A stretch of 64,000 bases of DNA from Penicillus capitatus (taxonomy: Eukaryota; Plantae; Chlorophyta): NCBI GenBank assembly GCA_965649825.1, contig OZ287712.1, positions 124,001-188,000 of the forward strand, given 5' to 3'. Every line of letters begins with the position of its first letter. The stretch's first letter is position 1. The position numbers were made by a program, and so were the translations under genes. Of this stretch, positions 11,242 to 21,827 are shown in pieces. The notes under the pieces are model-generated. The model did not search any database and was not told the origin of the DNA. It worked only from the letters and a program-made list of their open reading frames with translations.

Positions 11242-12348
11242 ATGATGCTGCGTCGTACACTTCGGCTTCGGATTCCACCACGTCTTCGAGGCGTCTTCAC
11301 GTTTGACGGATCTCCCAGCCCATCCGACAAGACATCCAAAGGCAAAACGCCCTCGCCCCTGGACGTCGACGCACTCATGGCAAAGATTCAGGAGACAAAA
11401 GCGCAGATGTCTCGAAATGGATACACCCGTGGTGGCACCATGACGAAAGATAGTCGCCCTCCAGGCCAAGAAGTACAGTACAGGAAGAAACTCAAAATGG
11501 GACCACGGGAGAAGTACATGTTCAAGAAGATGCGACAGCGTGAAAGAGATCGGCCGCCGCAGAATGATCCAGCTTCTGATCTCACTCCACTCTACGAGAT
11601 AACGCGACCGTGGTCTGGGTTCTCGCCACTGATGGATCGAAAACAGAAGAAGAAGACGAAAGAAGCGACGGGGCCAGAGTACACGGAGGAAGAGCAGATT
11701 GTCATTATGCAGATTCGCAAGACCATCTACAACCGCTGGGAGGCCGCGAGCGACCAGCAGCCGTTGTCCACTCCAACCACCAAGCCACCCGCGACGACCG
11801 CTAAAAATGCCTCTCCGAACTTTTTCCGTTCTGCCGAGAGTGCAGAGAAAGAGTCCTCCTCACCGGAGCATCGCTCTGTCATGAGAGAACACATGGCCTC
11901 ACGACTGTATCGCGCAGAGCTCGAAAAGAACCATGAATTCCAGAAAAAGAATACAGCACCGACGACATCTGACAGCGATGTAGAGGTGGAAGAAGTGAAG
12001 GCGGTGGAGGAGGCATTGAAAGCGGATCCGACTTTCCAGCACGATGCCCTCCGGCTGGAATCTGTATCCAAGCACATCGAGGATGTGGATACATGGATCG
12101 ATGAACTGCGGTCCTTTGCGGCGAAACACGAGAGGGTTTTGGAGGCCATGCAGCCAACAGAAGAAATCCTGACGGTCGCATCTTCCACTTCCGACAACGA
12201 TGCCCTTGGTGAGATGGGCGGAGCTTTGCGGGAGAGAATGGCAGAGAATGGCATCAACGTGGACAAGATCGAGAGACAAGCAGAAAAGGAGCTGCAACGC
12301 GAACGCCGGTCAAAAAAGAAAGGTCACCCTTCTCGGGCCTCTTCTTGA
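11242..12348 (+). CDS. Hypothetical 368-aa protein, likely mitochondrion-targeted, single exon
   Basis: Uninterrupted ORF with presequence-like start MMLRRTLRLRIPPRLR and a helical C-terminus. Confidence 0.7.
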   Translation: MMLRRTLRLRIPPRLRGVFTFDGSPSPSDKTSKGKTPSPLDVDALMAKIQETKAQMSRNGYTRGGTMTKDSRPPGQEVQYRKKLKMGPREKYMFKKMRQRERDRPPQNDPASDLTPLYEITRPWSGFSPLMDRKQKKKTKEATGPEYTEEEQIVIMQIRKTIYNRWEAASDQQPLSTPTTKPPATTAKNASPNFFRSAESAEKESSSPEHRSVMREHMASRLYRAELEKNHEFQKKNTAPTTSDSDVEVEEVKAVEEALKADPTFQHDALRLESVSKHIEDVDTWIDELRSFAAKHERVLEAMQPTEEILTVASSTSDNDALGEMGGALRERMAENGINVDKIERQAEKELQRERRSKKKGHPSRASS

Positions 12349-15064
12349 GCGTCCTTTAAGATAGAGAGAATGGCACTGGTTTTGCGCTGTTTCAACGATT
12401 CTCTGCAATCCTGTAAGATCTTTTCGCGGAGGGTACCGAGGTAGAGATTGGCAATAGCTTGGAGTCGACAGCTCGTTTCTTTCAGTGTCTCCAAATAGAG
12501 CTCTCGAGTCTGTCGCCGCTTTTCCTGTTGGTCTGCCAGATCTTGATTGAGGCGATGCATATCGACAATCGCCGATCTGAACGATTTCGTGTCCCTCAGA
12601 CACCGAGCGTCTTCCGATTGGACAACGAGGGTCTTCATAAGCGGGAGTGATGTGGCAACCGAACGCATCATTTCTTGACCAGTCACATCAAAATCCTGCA
12701 ACTGTCGAAAACCCAACAGGTTGTTAGTCAAGCAGGAAATGTATGACGAAGCGCGGCACTTTTTCGAGCAGTGTTTGGAGATCGTGCATGACAGAAGGGA
12801 AGTGAACAGCAGGGGCCAGATTCTCAATCTCCAGATATCGACAGAGATCATGCAAGACGTCTCCTGCGATATCGATATCGTCACAGTACACCGTGATCTA
12901 AGCGAGATCGATTGCTCCTCGGGCGATGCCGAATGAAGAGTAAAGCATCACTTTGATCTGATGGTGATGCGGTTCGACTGAGAGAACAAGAGGGAGACGT
13001 TTGCGAAGGCTCCAGAAATAGGTGCGATGTGACGTGTCGTGAGATGCAAGCAGAGGATTCTCCCCTTCAATAAGGAACTTCTCTTGCATCCAACTGCGCA
13101 ACTGTGACAGCTGTGCAGTTGTCACCATCGACACTCGAGATTCCGGACATGCGATCTCGTGCTGCCCTAGATCCGATCGGCACCAAATTGCGTTCAGTAC
13201 TACTGGATGTCATGGTGAATGTGTACGTGTTGGCGGAATGTGGCCATACATTGCAAATTTTGGCACCTTTTGGTACAGATCGAGCACTTGATAAGTCGTC
13301 ATGGACGCCTGTTGAATGAAAACCTGCAACGAGGTCTCCGTTGCGATATCTGTGTCTGGGCTGAGCGGCAGTCTCAGCGTCTCCTGAGGCCGCGGGAGGA
13401 CAATGAAGCCGGACTCTCCTCGAAACAGATTCTCTCCCAGTGCAATAGCACCCTGCTCTCACACACGTATCGAAAGTGTGACGGGGGAAAGAAGTCGATC
13501 GGGCACTTTGAACATCACGCCGGCGATGCGGCTCTGAACGACGAGAAAGAGACGACCGTCCTGCAGATTGGTTTCCAAACGACAGATCAGATCCGTTCTC
13601 TGCACAAGACTTTGCTGTCCGTGTCTCTGTTTCTCACTCTTTTGTAGAGATGTGTGATATTCTTGTTCGAGGGACTCTATTTCAAACGCCATCTCCTGCA
13701 GGTCATCATCCCGTTCTTCACTGCCGACTCGAGTACCCGACCTTGGCTTTCTGGTTCAGTCGAGCAAGCGTCTTTTCTTTCAGCGCGATGTTTTGAAGGA
13801 TCTTCTTTGACGGAGGCAAAGTGGAAACGGATTGGAATCCTTTTACGTTGCCTCCAGTCCCACAAACCACGATATCCGGCGTGCCGACGTTTCTCAAATC
13901 CGCCGCCAGAATCGCTGCGACGGCTGCGGAGATGCATTCTCGGAAGAGCATCTCCCCCGTCAACGCTTTCCGCACTTCAACCTTCTCAAAACAACTCGCC
14001 ATTCGTCATCCCTCTCCTCCGACAGCCGATCCTCGACCTTACCATTGGACCATCCACTGATGAACCGCACATGCCCGTCGGCGTAGACATCAAGTGCGGT
14101 AAGGGCACAGAGTCTATGCTTGCTCTTAACTCTCCACAAACGCGTTGTATGGCGATAGACGCCAATGGTGCCGTTCTGCAGGCCGTATCCAAAGGCCGTC
14201 TTGCCAAGGTCGACCAGAAATTCAGCTGCATCTGCCTCAGAGATACTCCACATCTGCTGCGGCTGCTCCTGCTCTACTCGGATACAAGAGATCTCCAATT
14301 TACCCGACGCCATCTGCACAACACCGTCTCCATCGCTACCCACTCTAAATACCGTGGCGACCAGCAGCGTTCGATGCTCGTTGGAGAAATGGAAGGCACA
14401 GAGACTGGTGACTCTCTCTGCCGACAGCATCCAAAGCACCTCCTTCCCTTGCAGATCAAATCCCTTAGCACAGTCTCGTGTTTGGCGCCGGCGTTGTTTT
14501 GAGTAAGGGGAAAGGGAAAGCGCATGCCTGAATGGTGCAGGAGCCTCCGACGATGACGACGGGTGGCGCTCTGTCGGAAACGCTGTTCAGAACAGCGAGA
14601 CATTCGACGCCGCTCTCCACATCGCTGTAGAACAGTTGTCGGTTGTGGAGGACATCGTAGGACTGGATGCTGTGAGCGTGGCCAATGACGAGCACATCTC
14701 TTGCCGTATCGACACCGCCTGTCAAGATCCCTCCTCACACACATCTGCCTTTGCACCCCGCTGATTACTTACACGACACCAGGTGCGTCACGGTCCGCTG
14801 GACATCAATGACGAGCCGTCGGCTGTCGTCGGCTCCACCGTGAATCGCTATACGTCCATTTGCCGAGGTATAGGCTAAGACATCGCCCTCGCCAAAGAAA
14901 CGGCCAGAAGTCACGCATCCTCGGTCAAAGGCATCTATGTGTGCTGCCGACTGGAGAGAGTCGCCGAGGCAAAGTGGCGGCTTACCGGTGAGTCGGATGT
15001 CGAATGCGGAAGAGAGGGCAGTGAGACAGGGAGCATCTCCCGAGAACGCCTCCAAGGACGTCAT
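12324..15064 (-). CDS. BBS2: Bardet-Biedl syndrome 2 protein (BBSome subunit), multi-exon
   Basis: Exons match BBS2 motifs: DVLVIGHAHSIQSYDVLHNRQLFY, IVGGSCTIQ/GFDLQGKEVLW, TAFGYGLQNGTIGVY, FISGWSNGKVE, ILADLRNVGTPDIVVC and LVVQSEDAR. Confidence 0.9.
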
Positions 15065-15161
15065 AACACGGTCAATTGACAGAAACAGTCCAACACGACG
15101 CGCGGCGACACGTCCAGTCACTGCGACGCAGTTCGAGGATATTATCACGCATGGATACTCT

Positions 15162-16709
15162 TTACAGACGAGGTGGTCTCTTACGCACAAGCGCAAGCAC
15201 ATCGGCGACGAAGTAAAGGGATCCAGTCGTGAGGATGCGGATGTTTGAGGAGGGTTGCTGTCGAGCCACCGTGCCGAACCATTCCATAGCGGCCGGCAGC
15301 GATGCAAAGACATCTGCCTTGGCCTCAGGGAATTTTAGCTTAACAGACGGCATCTGCACGGTGACGTCTCCTAAACAAGGCAGCGAAAAGGGAGGCGACG
15401 GTGTATTCTGAGCAAGGGCAGACCAAGCAGAAAGCTGCCTCTCTTGCCACTCCAACGATGGCATCCCTTGCGCCAAGGGTATCAGATGCATGCGTTGTGT
15501 CCAGAGAGGGGCGAAGAACGTGTGGTGTGGCATCAACTGATGTTCCTGCAATTCTCGGTGCAAGCTCTTGAGGAGTGCGTGGGGATCGCGTGACTGCTGA
15601 CACTGAAAGAAGAGGATGTCGAAAGTGCTGGCATCGCGTTTCTGCCAATGTGGCCGGATCCAGTCGACACAGGCTTTCAGGCTCTCCTCAGTGTGCGCAC
15701 CGTCCAGATAGAAGCAGACATTCGCAGCTTCCCGACAGCTTCCTCCATCAGCAAAGGGTAGATGTGGTTTCTTGACGATCTGAGCTCGGCCTGTCCATTC
15801 AACCTGAGACAGACCATGGAGATACTCTTGAGGCAGCATGCCTTTCTCTAGACAGGCCATTCTTCGAACAAAGGACGACGAAGGATGGGACTGACGTTGC
15901 CAATACGCCCTCTCAAACTCCTGGGCCAAGTGCACTGCCAATGCCGCATTAGTCAACTGATATCCAGTAAGAGGCCCATCCCCGTGCACGTCTTGCCAGT
16001 TGTGGTAATCGTGTGGAGATGTTTGGCACAGCTGCGTCCCAGCCATGTCTGCACAGCTCTCTAGCGTCGCCATGGCATTCGGTTGCTGATGGAACGTATA
16101 GGCTGGGACAGAACACTTGAGTATCCCGCCCTTCTCGAAGGCAATGGCCTCTATAGTGTTCCCCAACACCTCCATGTGATCCATTCCGATGGACGTGATG
16201 CCGCAGACCCACGGTCGATGGATCGCATTCGTTGGATCGAACCGACCGCCCAGTCCGACTTCAAGGACGATGGCTTCCAAACGTGCATCCGCGAAAATGC
16301 GCAGGGCCACAAGCGTCAAGAAAGTGAAATAGTTTGGAAAGGGCAGGTCGTTGGATTCGACACGACGCAGCCGGTCATGACACCAGAGAACAGCCCTGGT
16401 GAATGTCTCGGCATCCACGAGGGCACCTCCCACTCGAATGCGTTCACGTACGTCATAGAAATGCGGAGAGGTGAAGAGGCCTGTAGTGTATCCACAGGAA
16501 CGCAGGAGCACTTCGACGAAGGCACAGGTGGATCCTTTTCCCTTCGTTCCGGCAACGTGGATCACGCCTTGCATCTGACGTGACAGTTCCAGCGCCGCAA
16601 AGTACGCATCGTCGCGTTTCGGTCGCTGTATGGAGTGACCCGTCGTTGCCCGGATGTGCGCGTCGCTGCTGAGCCATTTGAGAATGGCGTCGGCCATGAT
16701 CTCTTCCAA
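15162..16709 (-). CDS. FPGS: Folylpolyglutamate synthase
   Basis: Motifs IHVAGTKGKGSTCAF, GLFTSPH, LEVGLGGRFDPTN, GITSIGMDH, FYLDGAHTEES and TTGSLYFV in a 515-aa ORF. Confidence 0.95.
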   Translation of the reverse strand: MEEIMADAILKWLSSDAHIRATTGHSIQRPKRDDAYFAALELSRQMQGVIHVAGTKGKGSTCAFVEVLLRSCGYTTGLFTSPHFYDVRERIRVGGALVDAETFTRAVLWCHDRLRRVESNDLPFPNYFTFLTLVALRIFADARLEAIVLEVGLGGRFDPTNAIHRPWVCGITSIGMDHMEVLGNTIEAIAFEKGGILKCSVPAYTFHQQPNAMATLESCADMAGTQLCQTSPHDYHNWQDVHGDGPLTGYQLTNAALAVHLAQEFERAYWQRQSHPSSSFVRRMACLEKGMLPQEYLHGLSQVEWTGRAQIVKKPHLPFADGGSCREAANVCFYLDGAHTEESLKACVDWIRPHWQKRDASTFDILFFQCQQSRDPHALLKSLHRELQEHQLMPHHTFFAPLWTQRMHLIPLAQGMPSLEWQERQLSAWSALAQNTPSPPFSLPCLGDVTVQMPSVKLKFPEAKADVFASLPAAMEWFGTVARQQPSSNIRILTTGSLYFVADVLALVRKRPPRL

Positions 16710-16764
16710 ACGTCACATCAGAGATCGTGCGTGTCCGATCGTTTGCTTCGCCCTTATCGTCGAG

Positions 16765-17715
16765 ATGTCTGCCGAAGACGAGGCTCTAGGTCCACCGATC
16801 AAACCTCAGAGTGGCGATGTCATCGAGGCGACGGAATTTCCCCGATCGGTGCGATTGGACGACGGAACGGAGATTCCTGTCGGTCTTCCCCCAGGCGTCG
16901 ATCCCGAACAGGCCAAACTCGCCGTCACCTATCTCAAACAGAATCCCTCTTTGGCCAAAAACGCCGTCAGACATGCGGAACGACTCGCGCAGACGCCCGT
17001 CATGGCCCGTCAGCTACAGCATATGCAGGTCGGATCGGATCTCGCAGAATTGATGTGACGTTTCGTACTTAGCTGTCCATGATGTCCAACCCCGACTATC
17101 AGAAGCGCATGTCAGCTCTGAGAGAGGATCCAGAACTGAAGCCTATTTTTGATGAGATTGCGGGCGAGGGGATGGATGCCATCGACAAGTATTGGAACGA
17201 TATGGAAGTCATGGCCAAAATCGCAAAACGCATGAAAGAGATGCAACTCCACACGCAACCCGAAAGAGTAACCGTCACCTCTCCATCATCACTCAAATGA
17301 CGGGACAGTATGTGTGACACAGCCAGCCACGAATATCAAAAACCTGCACGATGCTGCCAAGATCGGCGATGTTGAGACACTGACGAAACTCATAGAGAAG
17401 GGACAGGAGGTGAACACGCAGGATGCACGAGGGATCACGCCTCTGGGTGTAGCCGTCGGTTTCAATCGCATCACCGCCGTCGAGTACTTACTGGAGAAAG
17501 GCGCCGATGTGGATCTAAAAGATCATCAAGGGAACACCGTCCTGCACTACGCTGCAGGATATGGACGCATCGAATCGGCCAAGATGCTGTTGACCTCTGG
17601 CGCCGATCCGTCCAGTCTCAATCACGATAAGCAGACACCGATGGACGTGGCAACGGTCAACGGAGAGAAGATGATGATCGATTTTCTCACCGATCGCCTA
17701 GCGACGACGCCTTGA
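16765..17715 (+). CDS. STI1-like plus ankyrin-repeat protein (AKR2A-like), 3 exons
   Basis: LREDPELKPIFDEIAGEGMDAIDKYWND matches the AKR2-type motif. Ankyrin repeats GITPLGVAVG and GNTVLHYAAGYG follow. Introns at 17029-17072 and about 17268-17322. Confidence 0.85.
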
Positions 17716-17957
17716 GATGTTGTCGCATTTTTGTCCCCCTCGCGTGGGAAAGGACACGTGTCTGCCGCATTCTTCTCAACATCATTTAAATACTCACAAC
17801 AAGGACGGGCTTTGTGCCGATGGTATGAGGCGGAATACCACATTGAAAGAATAGCAAGTTGATCCTTTTGATACGTTTGTTTACCGTTCCCATGTATGAA
17901 TTGTTGTCTATAAGAGAAGAATAACGAATGGTGATGCCCTGTGGCGACCATGCATAT

Positions 17958-20303
17958 CTAGGCGGCCATGGCCATCTCTTCTTCTGCCCCTTCCTCCTCG
18001 GCAGGTGGATCTACCCATCGGTCGTGCTCTTTGATCAACTCGATGAGCTCATCTGTCGCTTCTGCCATCGGAATATTGCGTCGCACGAGTTCTTTGCCAA
18101 CGTAGAGATCGATCAGTCCAGGCGATCCTCCAACGTAACCGAAATCGGCATCTGCCATTTCTCCGGGTCCGTTGACGATGCAGCCCATCACGGCGATGGC
18201 CACTCCTGGCAGATGACCTGTCTTCTGACGTATCTGATCCGTTACCTCCTGCAGATCGAAGAGGGTACGACCGCACGAAGGACAGGAGACGAATTCTGTC
18301 TTGGTGTTGCGCATGCGACTGGCTTGGAGCATACCAAACGATGTCGTCCGCAAGAAATCCAGATCCTTATCTGCCGCTTGCAGCAGGACACCATCTCCCA
18401 GTCCATCGATCAGCATCGCCCCAACTTGACTGCCAGCATGAATGATGAACTGCTCTTCTGTCCCCTTGGAGAATTCGAAGTGGTGTATGACGGGGAGGGT
18501 GATTGCGTTTGCAGCCAAGAGGCCAAAGAAACGACGTGACACGTGGACACGGCTCATGCCTGCTTCGGTCTTCAGCAGAACCATGACAGGATTGAGCGTT
18601 TTCAATGCGGCAATCTCTGCCTCCGTTTCCATCCCGGTGACCGAGATGGCGACGCGACCTGCTCCTGCCGGCATCGTGATGGTTCCTTGCTTCATCTTGG
18701 CTGCTGCATCTCTGAGGGTATACAACGCAACGGCATGCTCCAAGGGATCCTTCTCCAGCACGGCTGCATCTGCAATGATATGGACACCGACTTCCTGAAG
18801 CCGTTTCAATGTACGCCTTCTCTCGACGTCGTCGCTTGGAGGAAGGTCGCTCATGAGGAGCGTATCGCTGGTGGAGATATCTTTGAAAGGAAGGCCGACG
18901 GCCATCTTGGCACCAAGGGATCGGTACAGCGAAAGCGGATCGTTGAGCAGCTCCAGAGGGACGTAGGAAAGCACTGAGCCATCTCGATGCAACAAGGAAC
19001 GATAGTCCACGACATCTCCTTCTTTCTGAGCCGGCAGATCGCCCACACGTTTTGCAAAGTCGTGTGTATCTCGGCGATCGTCAAACGGCTCGATGCCCCA
19101 TCCCTAACACACCTCACTCGCATACATGCCATTCCAAAGAGACGCTGACTTCGGATGCTGCTGTTCTGCCAATGTTGGCCAGTTCACCGCACGGCTGGAT
19201 CTCAAATTCGGGATCTTCTGTCAACGAGACGCGGATTGTATCTCCCAGTCCATCCATCAAGAGTGTTCCGATGCCCACAGCCGATTTCATTCTTCCGTCT
19301 TCGCCCTCCCCTGCCTCCGTCACACCCAGATGTAAGGGATAGTCCCATCCTCTGGTATACATCTCCTCTGCCAGCAAACGATAGGCTTGGACCATGACGA
19401 GAGGATTGGACGCCTTCATGGAGAAGACAAAGTTGTGGAAATCGTGTTTTCGACAGATCTCTGCAAATTCGAATGCCGATTCCACCATGCCTCGTGGGGT
19501 ATCGCCAAAGTAACTCAGAATTCTGGCAGACAGACTGCCATGATTGGTGCCGATGCGCATGGCTCTGTTAAGTTCTTTGCATTTGAGCACCAACGGTGTG
19601 AACACCTCCTCGATGTGCTCCTGCTCTGCTCGAAACTGCTTGGGATCATCATAATCAATCACATCAAATTTTTTGCGGCCGTCCACAAAGTTGCCAGGAT
19701 TGACGCGGATTTTTTCGAAGGCCTCGGCGACTTTCATGGCAATGCGTGGCGTAAAGTGAATATCGGCCACCAAAGGCACGTCATATCTAGAAGAGTGCAC
19801 GTCATTCATACATCCTGTATGATGTGACGGATGGGACCTGTCTTTAAAGAGCTGCTCTCGGATCTTAAAGCAGGCTTCTGCTTCTTTGTTGCCTTGAACA
19901 GTCAGACGCACCAGATCTGCCCCGGCGTCGACGCATTTCTTCACCTGTCGGTGTCACATCACTCTCAGCAGTTTCCCATCAGCTTCCTTCCTTACTTGGA
20001 GGACCGTTGCATCCACGTCTTTCGTATCGGTCGTTGTCATCGTCTGCAACGCAATTCTGTGCTCGCTCCCAACCGGAACCTTGCCAATCTGCACGCACAA
20101 ACATACATACCGTTCCTCCCTTCCTGGCGACGCTTTACTTGACACGTGCGCGTTTTGCGTCGAATCGTCTGGAAAGTGCTTTCGGCGTATTTGGGCACGA
20201 CGAGCGAAGGCTCCGCCGCGAGACAGTTGAGAGACGAACGCATGACGCGAGGACGCGTTGGTGGCGACTTCAACGACATGCCTCCGAAGGTCGATCCTTT
20301 CAT
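17958..20303 (-). CDS. ispG: 4-hydroxy-3-methylbut-2-en-1-yl diphosphate synthase (plastid MEP pathway); start may be slightly upstream
   Basis: Motifs GSEHRIALQTMTTTDT, PLVADIHF, RIGTNHGSLS, GVTEAGEGEDGRMKS, SCPSCGRTLFDL and MGCIVNGPGE. Confidence 0.97.
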
Positions 20304-20423
20304 CGTGGACGATCGATCTGTCGAGTGGCCAAATGCAACAGAGACCAGATGACGGTGTCGGTGCTCCACATGCCACGTGTCCGTCACTTCAGGTGATGGC
20401 GACCTCTACCACGGAACAGCTTC

Positions 20424-21808
20424 ATGTGGCGTGCACTGCCTGTCGTCTACCACGAAGTGCGCCGGCGAGGGGACGGAGGGGACCTGGAGACTGTTGGGAT
20501 GTCCTTAGGCATACAGCGCACCACAGCTGCCTCGTGGACATCGCTTTCCTATGGCAAGCAACGACAGACTCCATTGCAAAATGGAGATCCTCCGACGAAG
20601 CAACACTTGTGCTGTCACATCAGGGCGTTTTCAGGAGGATCTATGATATCTTGATCCGATCGGAAGGCATCCGGGAGGAACAGGTGGATGGATGGCTTGG
20701 GTCTTGTGTATGGAGCGACTCGATGGTCATGGTCTCAGGTGCATCGCCCGAAGGAGTTGCCAACGAGAGAACAGCTGCAGCTGGTCAAGTGCATAGCAGG
20801 GCGAACAGGGCGAAGCGGTGTGGGTTGCCTAGGTGCATGAAGCATCGTACGTTACAGATTTCTGTCAAGGCAAACTGAGCGAGAACGTGATTCGTCGCAT
20901 CGGGTTTGGTCATGTCACCAAGCAGCCGGTTCTCATCGAGAGGACCAAAGCAGAAGTGGCAGGTCGTTACGTGCACGCACTCCATCCTGTCGAATGCGTC
21001 AGTCATGTGGCATCGTAGGCACATTGCTGACAGCAGAGCTGGCTTTGAAGCACGGTTTGGCGTGCAATACAGCTGGCGGGACGCATCACGCCTTTCCTTC
21101 TTACGGTTCTGGGTTCTGCATCATCAACGATATGGCGATCGCATCAAAGGTCGTTGGACTGTGGATGTGTGACATGTGTGAGATGGCGATGGTGGTCTCT
21201 GTGTGCCAATAGATGCTCTTGCGCTCGGGAAGGGTATCGAGAATTCTGATACTCGACTTGGATGTCCATCAGGGAGATGGCACGGCCTGTATCTTTGCCG
21301 ATAATCCTTCGGTGTTCACCCTCAGTGTCCACTGCCAATCGAACTTTCCGTGCAAGAAACAGAAAAGCACATTGGATCTGGGGTTGCCAGATGGCACAGG
21401 GGACGACGCCTATCTCAAGTGAAATGCCGTCGCCGTAGGGCAGTCCTGCAGAGCGCTTCTACTGTGTAGCGTGCTTGCACAGACACTGCCCCAAGTGCTG
21501 CGGTCCTTTCGACCAGATCTGGTGTTCTACGATGCAGGGGTCGATCCACACGAGAGCGATGTCTTGGGTCGGCTCTCACTGACCGATAACGGTCTCTACC
21601 GTCGCGAAATGATGGTCCGTGACGCGTTCTCTGACGTTCTGCGATGATCGGTCTTTTCTGACAGGTGATCGACACATGCTTAAGTACTGGCGTCCCAGTT
21701 GCCTGCCTCGTTGGCGGCGGATACGATAAGAATGTGGATCGGTTGGCACAGAGGCACTGTTTGGTGCATCGCGCCGCATCTGAGCTATGGAAGGATCATC
21801 GACTTTAA
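20424..21808 (+). CDS. Histone deacetylase superfamily protein (HDA2/HDAC11/AcuC-like), multi-exon
   Basis: Motifs PVVYHE, HRFPM, NTAGGTHHAF, GSGFCIINDMAIA, ILDLDVHQGDGTA, DAGVDPH and GGGY. Confidence 0.9.
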
Positions 21809-21827
21809 AAACAGCATGTCTTTTTGG

